A stretch of 64,000 nucleotides of DNA from Candidatus Nanoarchaeia archaeon (GCA_049969975.1 JBMFNW010000001.1:232-64231); one strand, 5' to 3'. Counted from the first letter of the stretch, positions 30,681 to 40,254 are shown. Numbers and translations are program-made. The notes: a model not told the origin generated them from the letters alone.

Positions 30681-31192
30681 TGGCTTTCAAAGAAGAGATA
30701 TTAATACCAAAAGCGAGAATTGCTGTTTTAATAGGCCAAAAAGGTGCAACTAAAAAAATGTTAGAAAAACTTTGCAAAGTAAAAATTAATGTGGACAGCT
30801 CTGAAGGGCTTATAGCAATTTCTGGCCAAGACATAAACTCTATTTTCATTGCCAAAGATATCGTACAAGCAATTGGGCGAGGCTTTAGTCCTGATGTAGC
30901 TAAAGAGCTTTTAAAAGAGGGCAATGTTTTGGATTTAATAAATATTGAGGAGTATGTACGCAGAAACAAAAACAATTTACGTCGCATTAGGGGTGTTTTG
31001 ATTGGAACGAAAGGCAAAACTAGAAGATTTATAGAAGAACACACTAACACATACATTTCTATTTATGGCAAAACTGTAGCCATTATTGGTCCTTCAGAAA
31101 ATGTTTTATTAGCACATAAAGCAATAGAAATGTTTTTATTAGGCGCATCTCATCGCTCTGTGTATAAGTTCCTTGAAAGCCATGGCAAATGA
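30680..31192 (+). CDS. KH-domain RNA-binding protein
   Basis: Two KH-like GxxG blocks (LIGQKGATKK; LIGTKGKTRR). Confidence 0.7.
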   Translation: MAFKEEILIPKARIAVLIGQKGATKKMLEKLCKVKINVDSSEGLIAISGQDINSIFIAKDIVQAIGRGFSPDVAKELLKEGNVLDLINIEEYVRRNKNNLRRIRGVLIGTKGKTRRFIEEHTNTYISIYGKTVAIIGPSENVLLAHKAIEMFLLGASHRSVYKFLESHGK

Positions 31193-32807
31193 AGTACTTA
31201 AAGGAATATCTGTAGCAGAATTTTTCGAGAAAAATAGACATCTCCTCGGTTTTGATAATCCAATAAGGGCTCTTCTCACAACAGTTAAAGAATTTGTAGA
31301 TAATAGTTTAGATTCAGCAGAAAAAGGCAGAATTTTACCAGAAATTTTTGTTCAAATACAAAAAGTTTCAGATACGAGATATAAAGTAATTGTTGAGGAT
31401 AATGGTATTGGTATACCTAAAGAGCATGTTGCAAATGCTTTTGGTAAGCTTTTGTATGGTTCTAAGTTTAGAGTCTTTGGCGGCATACAAAGCCGCGGTC
31501 AACAAGGTATTGGTGCTTCGGCAGCGATTTTGTACGCACAGCTAACAACTGGAAAGCCTGCAAGAATTATTTCTAAAACAGAAAAAGATAAACTTGCAAC
31601 TGTTTTAGAGCTTAAAATTGATGTTAAAACAAACTCGCCAGAAATCATAACTCAAACAGAGCTTGATTGGAAAAAAGAGCATGGAGTGAGAGTTGAAGTA
31701 GAACTCGAGGCTAAATATGTAGAAAAAAGAGCTTCTGTGATAGAATATTTAAAAGAAACAGCGATAGTTAATCCACACGCGACAATAATTTATATCGATC
31801 CACTTGGGCAAAAATTCGAATTTCAGCGAGTAACAGATATTTTACCGAAAGAACCAGTTGAAATTAAGCCACACCCACACGGTATCGAACTTGGCCTTTT
31901 GCTCAGAATGCTCAAAGAAACTTCTGCTCGAACATTAAAATCTTTCTTAACATCTGAATTTGATCGTGTTGGCGAGGGAACTGCAGAAGAAATTTTAAAA
32001 ACAGCAGGTTTAGACCCGAAGTTAGGTCCAAAATTTCTTTCTTTAGAGCAAGCAGATAAATTGATAAAAGCAATGCATGGTGCAAAAATAATGAGTCCTA
32101 CAACAACATGTTTAGTCCCGATTGGTGCGGAGCTCTTAAAAAAGAGTTTAGAGGAAGAGTATAATGCCGAATTTGTGCACGCTGTTACACGAGCACCTGC
32201 AGTTTATAGAGGAAATCCTTTTTTAATCGAAGCAGCCATTTTACTTTCGCCCGATTTACCAGCCGACCAACCCGTCAAGCTTTTTAGATTTGCAAACAGG
32301 GTACCTTTGCTTTACCAACAAGGAGCTTGTGCACTTACAGAAGCAGTTATGTCTGTCGATTGGAAAAACTACGGCTTGCAGCAATCTGGCAAAAATCTTC
32401 CAATAGGTCCAGCAATTATTTTGCTTCACATGGCTTCTGTTTGGGCACCCTTTACATCCGAATCTAAAGAAGCCATTGCACACTATCCTGAAATAATTAA
32501 AGAAGCTAAGCTGGCCTTACAAGAGTTAGGTAGAGCTTTGCAAGCACATCTTAGTAAAAAACACAAAGTTGAAGCAGCAAAACAAAGAGCAAATATATTT
32601 AAGAGTTATTCGGAAGAGCTCGCAGCTTCTTTGGCAGCCTTGGCAAACTTGCCAAAAGAAGATTTGATAAAGAAAATTGTAAGCATATCAGAAGAAGTTG
32701 CTGCAACTATTAAAGAAACAGAAGAAGAAAAAGTTGAAGAAAAAGTTCCTACTAAACGAGCTAGAAAAATCGGAGCATTCCGTGTAGAGGAGGAAGAAAA
32801 TGAATGA
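31173..32807 (+). CDS. top6B: DNA topoisomerase VI subunit B
   Basis: GHKL ATPase (Bergerat fold) N-terminus and transducer domain. Overlaps top6A by 8 nt. Confidence 0.85.
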   Translation: MKAMANEVLKGISVAEFFEKNRHLLGFDNPIRALLTTVKEFVDNSLDSAEKGRILPEIFVQIQKVSDTRYKVIVEDNGIGIPKEHVANAFGKLLYGSKFRVFGGIQSRGQQGIGASAAILYAQLTTGKPARIISKTEKDKLATVLELKIDVKTNSPEIITQTELDWKKEHGVRVEVELEAKYVEKRASVIEYLKETAIVNPHATIIYIDPLGQKFEFQRVTDILPKEPVEIKPHPHGIELGLLLRMLKETSARTLKSFLTSEFDRVGEGTAEEILKTAGLDPKLGPKFLSLEQADKLIKAMHGAKIMSPTTTCLVPIGAELLKKSLEEEYNAEFVHAVTRAPAVYRGNPFLIEAAILLSPDLPADQPVKLFRFANRVPLLYQQGACALTEAVMSVDWKNYGLQQSGKNLPIGPAIILLHMASVWAPFTSESKEAIAHYPEIIKEAKLALQELGRALQAHLSKKHKVEAAKQRANIFKSYSEELAASLAALANLPKEDLIKKIVSISEEVAATIKETEEEKVEEKVPTKRARKIGAFRVEEEENE

Positions 32808-33906
32808 AGTTAGAAAATCAAAAGATGAAGAAATTATTCAAAAGTTTAAGGAAAAGGCAGAAGAAGTTATAAAATTTTTGGAACAAAAACAAAATCCAAA
32901 AATTAAAATTCCTCTTAGAACTTTGGCAAACGTCTATTTTGATGAACAAAGCCGTATGATAAAACTAGGTGATAAAAAACAAACACGAAGTTTTTTCAAC
33001 ATCGCTCAAGCAAAAAAATTTGTACAAACATTTTTAATTGCGGCAGCTATTAAAGAACTCATTGAGTCTGGCAAAACGACATCTATAAGAGATTTGTATT
33101 ATAGGACTAAGCACACAATCCCCGGCCTAAATGAAGTAACATTTGAAGAGCAATATGAGAGTGATCCAATAATAGAAGATATAGAAGTTGGTTTTGATGC
33201 GCTACGCGAAGAGTTGCATCTTTTTGCTATGACTAGAGGTGCAATGGTTGGTAATTTAACAATTGTTGATTCTGGTGATGCAATTGATTTAAGAAAAATG
33301 GGTTCTGGTGGTTGGGCAGTACCTTCTATAGTTGGGCCTGAAATTATACAATTTAAAGACTGCGATGCAGATTTTGTTTTGTTTATTGAAAAAGATGCAG
33401 TTTGGAGAAGATTTAATGAAGATAAGTTTTGGAAAAAACACAAGTGTCTGATTATTCATGGCCAAGGAGTTCCTACAAGAGGGGTTAGGATGTTAATGCG
33501 AAGAATGCATGATGAATTAAAATTACCTATTTATGTTCTTGTTGATGCAGATCCTTATGGATTTTATATATATTCGGTGATAAAACAAGGTTCAATCAAT
33601 CTTGCTTATGAATCAACACGCATGGCAATTCCAGAAGCAAGATTTATTGGGCTGAGTATTTTTGATTATGAGAAATATAAACTTCCTAAAGAAGTTGTAA
33701 TCTCATTAAAAGATGTTGACAAAAAGCGAATTTCTGAAATTTTAAGGTATCCTTGGTTCCAAAAGAAAGAGTGGCAAGCCGAATTGAAAAAAATGTTAGA
33801 GCTTAATTTTAAGCTAGAGCTAGAATCGCTATCTTCTAAATACATTTCTTTTATAACAGAAAAATATGTTCCTGAAAAATTAGCAAAGAATGAGTGGTTG
33901 GTTTAA
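32800..33906 (+). CDS. top6A: DNA topoisomerase VI subunit A (Spo11-like)
   Basis: Winged-helix catalytic Tyr region and TOPRIM with an acidic cluster (VLVDADPYGFYI). Confidence 0.85.
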   Translation: MNEVRKSKDEEIIQKFKEKAEEVIKFLEQKQNPKIKIPLRTLANVYFDEQSRMIKLGDKKQTRSFFNIAQAKKFVQTFLIAAAIKELIESGKTTSIRDLYYRTKHTIPGLNEVTFEEQYESDPIIEDIEVGFDALREELHLFAMTRGAMVGNLTIVDSGDAIDLRKMGSGGWAVPSIVGPEIIQFKDCDADFVLFIEKDAVWRRFNEDKFWKKHKCLIIHGQGVPTRGVRMLMRRMHDELKLPIYVLVDADPYGFYIYSVIKQGSINLAYESTRMAIPEARFIGLSIFDYEKYKLPKEVVISLKDVDKKRISEILRYPWFQKKEWQAELKKMLELNFKLELESLSSKYISFITEKYVPEKLAKNEWLV

Positions 33907-33960
33907 TTGCATTTTTTATTTTTTTGTGCTTTTTTGTTTGATAAGTAAAATGAATTTTAG

Positions 33961-34035
33961 TGCCCCCGACGGGATTTGAACCCATGCCGACGGCTCGAAA
34001 GGCCGCCATCCTTGACCGGGCTAGACGACGGGGGC
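33961..34035 (-). tRNA. tRNA-Glu (UUC)
   Basis: Reverse complement gives acceptor GCCCCCG/CGGGGGC. Anticodon stem GCGGC/GCCGU with loop CUUUCGA. T-arm with TTCAAAT loop. No encoded CCA. Confidence 0.75.
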
Positions 34036-34036
34036 A

Positions 34037-34141
34037 TGGGCCGGGGCGGATTCGAACCGCCGACCTGCCGCTGGCTTAGACAGAAGCTTGCGCTTCTGCG
34101 TCATATAAGACGGCCGCTCCACCAGGCTAAGCTACCGGCCC
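34037..34141 (-). tRNA. tRNA-Ile (UAU) with 31-nt canonical intron (intron 34073..34103)
   Basis: Acceptor GGGCCGG/CCGGCCC. T-arm GGCGG-TTCGAAT-CCGCC. Variable loop AGGTC. Anticodon stem GCCGU/GCGGC. Exon loop CUUAUA|..|A. Between positions 37 and 38 lies a 31-nt insert that folds into an hBHBh' motif, with a central 4-bp helix CUUA/UAAG and two 3-nt bulges with splice sites after the 2nd bulge nucleotide, plus an internal 6-7 bp hairpin (AGAAGC...GCUUCU). Confidence 0.6.
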
Positions 34142-34185
34142 ACCAAAAATATTGTCAAAATGCTTTTTAAGTCTTATTTTTACTT

Positions 34186-35283
34186 TTGCCAATGTTTGAT
34201 TTACTCGAAAACGCTGCAAAATGGATTAAAGAAAGCAGGCCAGAAAGTACAGTAATACTTTATCACGCAGGCTGTGGAGACGGTATTGCCTCGGCAGCAA
34301 TTCTTCTCAAAACTTATTTAGAGCTATTCGGGGAAAGACCTAAAGTAATTGAGGCAAGTCCAAACAGATTAAATAAAATAAATGTGAATAAAATAAATGT
34401 GCACAAATATATAATATTTGCAGACATTTCTGCCGATGCTTGGAAAGATCAAACTTTAAAATTAGCAGAGCAATCCAAAATTTTAGTTCTCGATCATCAT
34501 GCTTTAACCGAAGATTTAAATCGGTATGGTATTTTACATGTCCACCCACAATTTTTTTCAAAATTACCAGGCACACGTTATCCGGGTGCAAAGTTAGTAT
34601 ATGATGTTTGTTCTAAAATATTTGACTGCTCTGGGTTTGCTTGGCTCGCAGCAGTTGGTATTGTTAACGATTTGGCAGGAGAGGCTTGGAAAGAGTTTTT
34701 AGATTTTGTATTTGAAAAATGGCCAGAACTTGGACAAAAAAGTTATGGTTTCGAATCAAAGTTAGGTTTTATTGCTTCGGTGTTGAATGCAGGCCAAGAT
34801 GTCAAACAAGGGGATAAAAAAGCCTTAGAACTTTGTATTAAAGCTGAAAGACCTGCAGATATTTTAGAAAAAAAATATTCTGAAGCAAAACTTTTGACTA
34901 AAATTCGAGAGGAAAGAAGGGCGGAAATAGATTATTATGTGCAAAATTGGAAAAGAATTGCTGTTTTGCATCCCAAAGAAAAATTAGTTTGGCTTTACTT
35001 AAAACCAAAGCACAAAATAGCTTTTTCTGTGGCAACAATTTTAGCTCAACAAAGACCAGATCTTCTTTTTATTGTTTTAAATGAAGAAGCAAATAGGATT
35101 AAAATAAGTTTTAGACAAGCAAAGGGGCTTATAGATTGCAGCAAGTTGGCTAAAGCTGCAACAGAACCTTTTGGCGGACGTGGCGGCGGACACCCAGAAG
35201 CAGCGGGTGGCACCGTTAGACCGAAAGACTTAGATGCATTTAAGCAAAAAGTGCTCGAACTTTTAAGGCAAAATAATTTTTAG
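34186..35283 (+). CDS. DHH/DHHA1-family phosphoesterase (RecJ/NrnA/GAN-like)
   Basis: DHH motif (LVLDHHAL) and DHHA1 GGGHPEAAG. 365 aa. Contains an in-frame 15-bp tandem duplication. Confidence 0.7.
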   Translation: MPMFDLLENAAKWIKESRPESTVILYHAGCGDGIASAAILLKTYLELFGERPKVIEASPNRLNKINVNKINVHKYIIFADISADAWKDQTLKLAEQSKILVLDHHALTEDLNRYGILHVHPQFFSKLPGTRYPGAKLVYDVCSKIFDCSGFAWLAAVGIVNDLAGEAWKEFLDFVFEKWPELGQKSYGFESKLGFIASVLNAGQDVKQGDKKALELCIKAERPADILEKKYSEAKLLTKIREERRAEIDYYVQNWKRIAVLHPKEKLVWLYLKPKHKIAFSVATILAQQRPDLLFIVLNEEANRIKISFRQAKGLIDCSKLAKAATEPFGGRGGGHPEAAGGTVRPKDLDAFKQKVLELLRQNNF

Positions 35284-35970
35284 AAACTCTTCTATTTTTT
35301 GAATATCTTCCGGCCTGCTTAAGTCTAGCCAATAATCTTCTAAAAATATTGTTTTAACTTTCTTTTCTGCACAAAGCAAAGTAATGGCATCAGTAAGTTC
35401 TAGCTCTCCTCTCGGAGAAGGTTTTATTTTTTCAAGTGCAAAAAATATTTCGGGTGTAAATTTATAAATGCCAGCATTAATAAAATCGCTAACTTTGGTT
35501 TTGGGCTTTTCTACAATTTCTTTTAAAAAATTTCCATTAAATAGCAAATTGCCGTAGCGTTCTGGATTTTGATGCCGAATCGCACCAACATAAATGTAAT
35601 TATCATTTATAGCAAATTTGGAAAGATCTTTTGGAGAAAAAAGATTATCAGACATAGCTACAATAAAGTTTTCATTTACTAATTTCTTTACAGATAAGAC
35701 TGCATGTCCTGTGCCGGCATTTGGGCTGCCTTGATCTATAATTTCTATTTTACAGCCCGTTTCTGCTTTGTAATTTTTGACGAATGCAGAAATTTTATCA
35801 ATCATATAATGCGCAACAATGATAAAATCATTGAACTTGGCAGTACGAAAATTTTCTAAGCAATACCAGAGGAAAGGTTTGCCGAGAATAGGTATTAATG
35901 GTTTAGGTGTTTGATATGTTATTGGGCGAAGTCTTGTCCCAAGCCCCGCAGCTAAAATTACAACTTTCAT
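35263..35970 (-). CDS. Sugar-phosphate nucleotidyltransferase
   Basis: N-terminal ILAAGLGTRLRPITYQTPKPL signature of NTP-transferases such as RmlA/GlmU-N. Confidence 0.75.
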   Translation of the reverse strand: MKVVILAAGLGTRLRPITYQTPKPLIPILGKPFLWYCLENFRTAKFNDFIIVAHYMIDKISAFVKNYKAETGCKIEIIDQGSPNAGTGHAVLSVKKLVNENFIVAMSDNLFSPKDLSKFAINDNYIYVGAIRHQNPERYGNLLFNGNFLKEIVEKPKTKVSDFINAGIYKFTPEIFFALEKIKPSPRGELELTDAITLLCAEKKVKTIFLEDYWLDLSRPEDIQKIEEFLKIILP

Positions 35971-36007
35971 AATAAAAGTTTAAATTTATATTTTTTTAAA
36001 TTTATTT

Positions 36008-36622
36008 ATGTCTAGGACGTTTATCCTTTACTCCCACGCCACAACAAATCCAAACTTCGATATAGACGAGCTTTATAAGGCAGGTCGGCTAGATTTAGTT
36101 TGTAGATGCGTTATAACCGCACTTTGGCTTTCTGATAGAATTAGGAAAGATACTCAAATTTTAATTAGTCTCAATGGCGGACCAAGTCCACCGGTAGCAA
36201 TTAGGTTTGATGGTGCAAAACTCAGCGGCGTTGAGCCATCTGAAAAAAGCATTGCAGCTTTAATTAAGAAATGTTTGCGAAGAGTGATTTTGCATAACAT
36301 AGAACAAAAAAGAGAATGTAAAGAATTGTTATGTAAAGAATGGTTATTTATTCATGAAGGCGTTTTTGTTTCTAAAAAATCATTTCAAGATCTTGTTAAA
36401 GATTCTGCAAATGTGCTTGTATTAGATCCTAAAGGCGAGCAAATAGAAAAAACTAAATTAGTAAGCCCAACTTTTGTTTTAGGCGATCAAAAAGGCTTGC
36501 CAAAGGCAGAATTTAAATTTTGCTTGAGAAAAGGTAAAGCACTATCTCTTGGCTCACAAATTTACTTAGCTTCAACAGTTATTGCAGTAGTAAATTGGGT
36601 GCTCGACAAATGTCAAAAGTAA
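36008..36622 (+). CDS. SPOUT-like tRNA methyltransferase, TrmY-like (tentative)
   Basis: About 200 aa with the GRLDLVCRCV motif reminiscent of TrmY (DUF358). Confidence 0.4.
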   Translation: MSRTFILYSHATTNPNFDIDELYKAGRLDLVCRCVITALWLSDRIRKDTQILISLNGGPSPPVAIRFDGAKLSGVEPSEKSIAALIKKCLRRVILHNIEQKRECKELLCKEWLFIHEGVFVSKKSFQDLVKDSANVLVLDPKGEQIEKTKLVSPTFVLGDQKGLPKAEFKFCLRKGKALSLGSQIYLASTVIAVVNWVLDKCQK

Positions 36623-37539
36623 TAATTCCAAAAGCTTTTAGAGAGAAATATAATAAAATTGCACCTAGACCAAAGGAATTTTTTAGAATTTTAGAAGAGC
36701 CCCTTGAGCCATCATTTAGAATTTGTACAAATAAAATTTCTAGAAACTTTTTAATAGAAAGGCTCAGAGCCCAAGGCTGGGAAATTGAAGCAGTACCTTT
36801 TTACAAAGATGGGTTTGTGCTAAAATCAGAACTAAGACCTGGGCTATCTGTTGAGCATTTTATGGGTTACATTTATATGCAAGAAGTTGTTTCGATGATA
36901 CCGCCAGTTGTTTTAGAACCAAAGCCTGGAGAACTTATTTTAGATATGTGTGCAGCGCCAGGCTCAAAAACAACCCAAATTTCACAAATGATGCAAAATA
37001 AGCCATTGATTTTAGCAAACGATGTTGATTGGAGAAGATTGAAACCATTAAAACATAATTTAGAAAAATGTGGCTGTTTAAATGTTGCAATTTCTTTAAT
37101 GGATGGCAGGGCAATTTCTAAAAAGCAAAAATTTGATAAAATTTTACTAGATGTGCCGTGCAGTTCTGAAGGCCAAATTAGGAAAGATTGGTCTGTTTTA
37201 TCTAGGTGGAGTTTTGATTATGTAAAAAAATTTTCTAGTTTGCAAAAAGCATTGATAGATTCTGCATTTCAATTGCTAAAGAATGGAGGTTGTTTGGTTT
37301 ATTCGACATGTACTTTTGCTCCAGAAGAAAATGAAGAGGTTATAGATTTTTTACTAAGAAAATACCAAACAGCAAAATTGGAAAAAATATGTTTAAAAGG
37401 CTTTAAAATTGCTCCAGGCATTGAAGAATTTGATGGCAAACGTTATGTTGGAGAAGTCAAATTTTGTGCACGAATTTGGCCTCATTTAAATAATAGTGGA
37501 GGTTTTTTTGTAGCAAAAATAAGAAAAAATGATGTTTGA
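36595..37539 (+). CDS. NOL1/NOP2/Sun-family RNA cytosine-C5 methyltransferase
   Basis: SAM-binding DMCAAPGSKT and catalytic Cys motifs (DVPCSSEG; VYSTCT). Confidence 0.8.
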   Translation: MGARQMSKVIIPKAFREKYNKIAPRPKEFFRILEEPLEPSFRICTNKISRNFLIERLRAQGWEIEAVPFYKDGFVLKSELRPGLSVEHFMGYIYMQEVVSMIPPVVLEPKPGELILDMCAAPGSKTTQISQMMQNKPLILANDVDWRRLKPLKHNLEKCGCLNVAISLMDGRAISKKQKFDKILLDVPCSSEGQIRKDWSVLSRWSFDYVKKFSSLQKALIDSAFQLLKNGGCLVYSTCTFAPEENEEVIDFLLRKYQTAKLEKICLKGFKIAPGIEEFDGKRYVGEVKFCARIWPHLNNSGGFFVAKIRKNDV

Positions 37540-38017
37540 ATTTCTCTCAAGCAATGAGCGAGATTCTGCTTTGAATTACTTAGTAGAGCGTTTTGGCTTT
37601 TCAAAAGCAGTTTTTGACAATTATGATTTTTATCGAACAAAAGCAGAAATAAGAATTTGTGCCAAAGGTTGTAAAGAGTACTTGCAAAAAATTCTAAATG
37701 TTTGTGATTTAGGCTACGCAGCACTCAGATACGGCAAAGTAACAAAACCAACGACAACTTTTATACAACAATTTGGCAAGTATGCAACAAAAAACATAGT
37801 TCAACTCGATGAAGCACAAGCAAAAGCATTTATAAGTGGAAAAGATTTGCGTTTAGAAAAAGAAGTTGAAAAATCAAAAGCTTCTGATGGCTATGTTATT
37901 GTAAAATACAGATCAGATTGTTTGGGTTTGGGCATTTTGAGAGGCAAACTTTTGCTTAATCAAATACCTAAAAGAAAGCGTTTGAATTTGATAGAAGAAT
38001 TTAAGCAGAAGGATTAA
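37529..38017 (+). CDS. Hypothetical protein, possible detached C-terminal PUA-like domain of the NSUN methyltransferase
   Basis: 162 aa, overlaps the upstream gene by 11 nt in another frame. Confidence 0.35.
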   Translation: MMFEFLSSNERDSALNYLVERFGFSKAVFDNYDFYRTKAEIRICAKGCKEYLQKILNVCDLGYAALRYGKVTKPTTTFIQQFGKYATKNIVQLDEAQAKAFISGKDLRLEKEVEKSKASDGYVIVKYRSDCLGLGILRGKLLLNQIPKRKRLNLIEEFKQKD

Positions 38018-38041
38018 AAATCCAGACTGCCAATCAAAACC

Positions 38042-39748
38042 ATGCTTGAGGAGGTTAAAAAAGAACTTTCTGTAGCTCTTGCTGCAGCAGCAAAACGTAC
38101 AGCACACGAAATTGCAGCTCTGCTAGAAGTTCCAAAAAATCCTTCATTTGGTGATCTGACATTACCTTGCTATAAATTAAAAAGTGAGCTCATATCAAAT
38201 CCAGAACAGATTGCTAAAGATATTATTTTAAATTTTAAAAAACCAAAAAGTATTTCTAAAGTAGAACTTAAGGGAGCATATATTAATTTCTTTTTAGACA
38301 AAAATTATTTAGCATCTGCTGGGCTAGCAAAAATTTTGCGAGAAAAAGAAAATTTTGGTGCTGGGGAGAAAAAAAATATTCGACTTATGATCGAAGGCTT
38401 TGGCCAACCGAATACACACAAAGCATTTCACATAGGACATTTTAGAAATATTTGTATAAGTGATAGTTTGGCGCGCATGGCACGCTTTTATGGCTATGAT
38501 GTGATAACTGCAAATTACATCGGCGATATTGGAATGCATGTAGCAAAATGGTTGTGGTTTTTTACAAAATTTTACAAAGGAGATCTACCTAAAAAAGATG
38601 TGGCAAAATGGCTAGCAGAGATTTATGTAAATGCTTGCAAAAAATTTGAAAAGCACGAAGAATATCACGAAGAAGTTTCAAAAATTTTACGTGCACTTGA
38701 AGATGGTAAAGATAAAAAATTACTTGCTATTTGGAAAAAAACGAGAAAGCTCAGTTTGTCCGAATTTGAAAATATTTATAAAAAAATTGGTATAAAAACA
38801 GATGTTACTTTTTATGAATCAAAATTGAGTAAACTTGGAAAAGCTCTTGTTACAAAACTTCTAAAAAAAGGTGTAGCTAAATTAGATCATGGTGCAGTTA
38901 TTGTTGATTTATCAAAATATGGCTTAGGTATTTTTGTTCTATTAAAATCTGATGGTACAGCACTTTATTCAACACGAGATCTCGCATTAGCAGTGCAGAA
39001 ATTTGAAAAGTTTAAAATTGATAAATCACTATATGTTGTTGCAGCAGAGCAAAGTCATTATTTCAAACAACTTTTTAAAACGCTTGAACTAATGGGTGTT
39101 GCTAAAGCTAAAGCTTGCCAACATTTGGGATACGGACTTGTGCTGATTCGCGGCAAAAAAATGGCCTCTAGAGCTGGAGAGATTGAAGCTTTTGAAGAAG
39201 TTTGGACTAAAGCAAAAGAAAAAGCAACTAGTGAAGTTAAAAGAAGAAATCCAACTTTATCGATGCAAAAAATTGAGTCTGTTGCTGAAAAAGTTGCGCT
39301 TGCAGCCCTCAAAATTGCAATGTTAAAACAATCTTTAGATAAAACAATTGATTTCGATGTCGAAAGTGTAACTTCTTTCGAAGGCGAAACAGGGCCTTAT
39401 TTACTTTACGCACTTGTTCGAGCAAAAAACATTTTAAAAAAAGTTAAGAAAAAAATAAACTTTAAAGGAACTTTTATTTTAGAACATCCTTCGGAAAGTG
39501 CTCTTCTTAAAAAATTACTCGAATTCAAAGATTTATTTGCTAAAGCAATGGAACAGTATGCACCAAACATAATTGCAAACTATGCTTTTGATTTAGCAAA
39601 AGTTTTCAGCGAATTTTATGAAAATTGTCCAGTGGCAAAAGCAAAAGGTGCTGTTTTGCAAACAAGGTTAGCGTTAGTATGCGCATTCATTTATGTTTTG
39701 AGAAGAGTATTTAATTTGTTAGGTATAGAGGAAGTTGAACAAATGTAA
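38042..39748 (+). CDS. argS: Arginyl-tRNA synthetase
   Basis: Class I HIGH (KAFHIGHFRN) and a DALR-type anticodon-binding C-terminus. 568 aa. Confidence 0.85.
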   Translation: MLEEVKKELSVALAAAAKRTAHEIAALLEVPKNPSFGDLTLPCYKLKSELISNPEQIAKDIILNFKKPKSISKVELKGAYINFFLDKNYLASAGLAKILREKENFGAGEKKNIRLMIEGFGQPNTHKAFHIGHFRNICISDSLARMARFYGYDVITANYIGDIGMHVAKWLWFFTKFYKGDLPKKDVAKWLAEIYVNACKKFEKHEEYHEEVSKILRALEDGKDKKLLAIWKKTRKLSLSEFENIYKKIGIKTDVTFYESKLSKLGKALVTKLLKKGVAKLDHGAVIVDLSKYGLGIFVLLKSDGTALYSTRDLALAVQKFEKFKIDKSLYVVAAEQSHYFKQLFKTLELMGVAKAKACQHLGYGLVLIRGKKMASRAGEIEAFEEVWTKAKEKATSEVKRRNPTLSMQKIESVAEKVALAALKIAMLKQSLDKTIDFDVESVTSFEGETGPYLLYALVRAKNILKKVKKKINFKGTFILEHPSESALLKKLLEFKDLFAKAMEQYAPNIIANYAFDLAKVFSEFYENCPVAKAKGAVLQTRLALVCAFIYVLRRVFNLLGIEEVEQM

Positions 39749-39781
39749 AACTTTTTAAAACAAATTTGCACAAACTAACAT

Positions 39782-39919
39782 ATGAAGCGCTCATCTCGAA
39801 AGTGGAAAAAGAAAAACAAATCAGGTTATAGAGGACGTTGGAAGTGGTATAGAAAGAAGCTTAAAGAACGAAAAAGACTTAGAAAGTTGAAAAGATTAGG
39901 TATCCTTGGGCAGTCTTAA
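39782..39919 (+). CDS. Small highly basic protein (45 aa), possible ribosomal or RNA-binding micro-protein
   Basis: MKRSSRKWKKKNKSGYRGRWKWYRKKLKERKRLRKLKRLGILGQS. Found manually, below the ORF cutoff. Confidence 0.35.
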   Translation: MKRSSRKWKKKNKSGYRGRWKWYRKKLKERKRLRKLKRLGILGQS

Positions 39920-40254
39920 TTTTAATTTTTAAAATTTTAAATGCAAAATTCTTACAAAACTTTTCTAGCACAAATATTTTTTGTAATGGTGTTTTTATAC
40001 CCAACAAATAAAGGCGTAATCATTAAGAAATTGGAGTCTGAGAAAAGTGTCAAGTAATAGCATCTTTCCCTTTAGATACTTGGAACCTTCCACAGCTTAA
40101 GCTTTGCTCGACTATTCAGCTCATTTAAATCTCAGAACTAGATTTCCCAATTCGCTTACAAAAAGTCAAGTCTTCAACACTTGAATTCTATCTTTATTAT
40201 TAGGAAGAACGTTAGGTAATAGTCTCATTTAAAGAAGTCTCTACTAATAACTTT

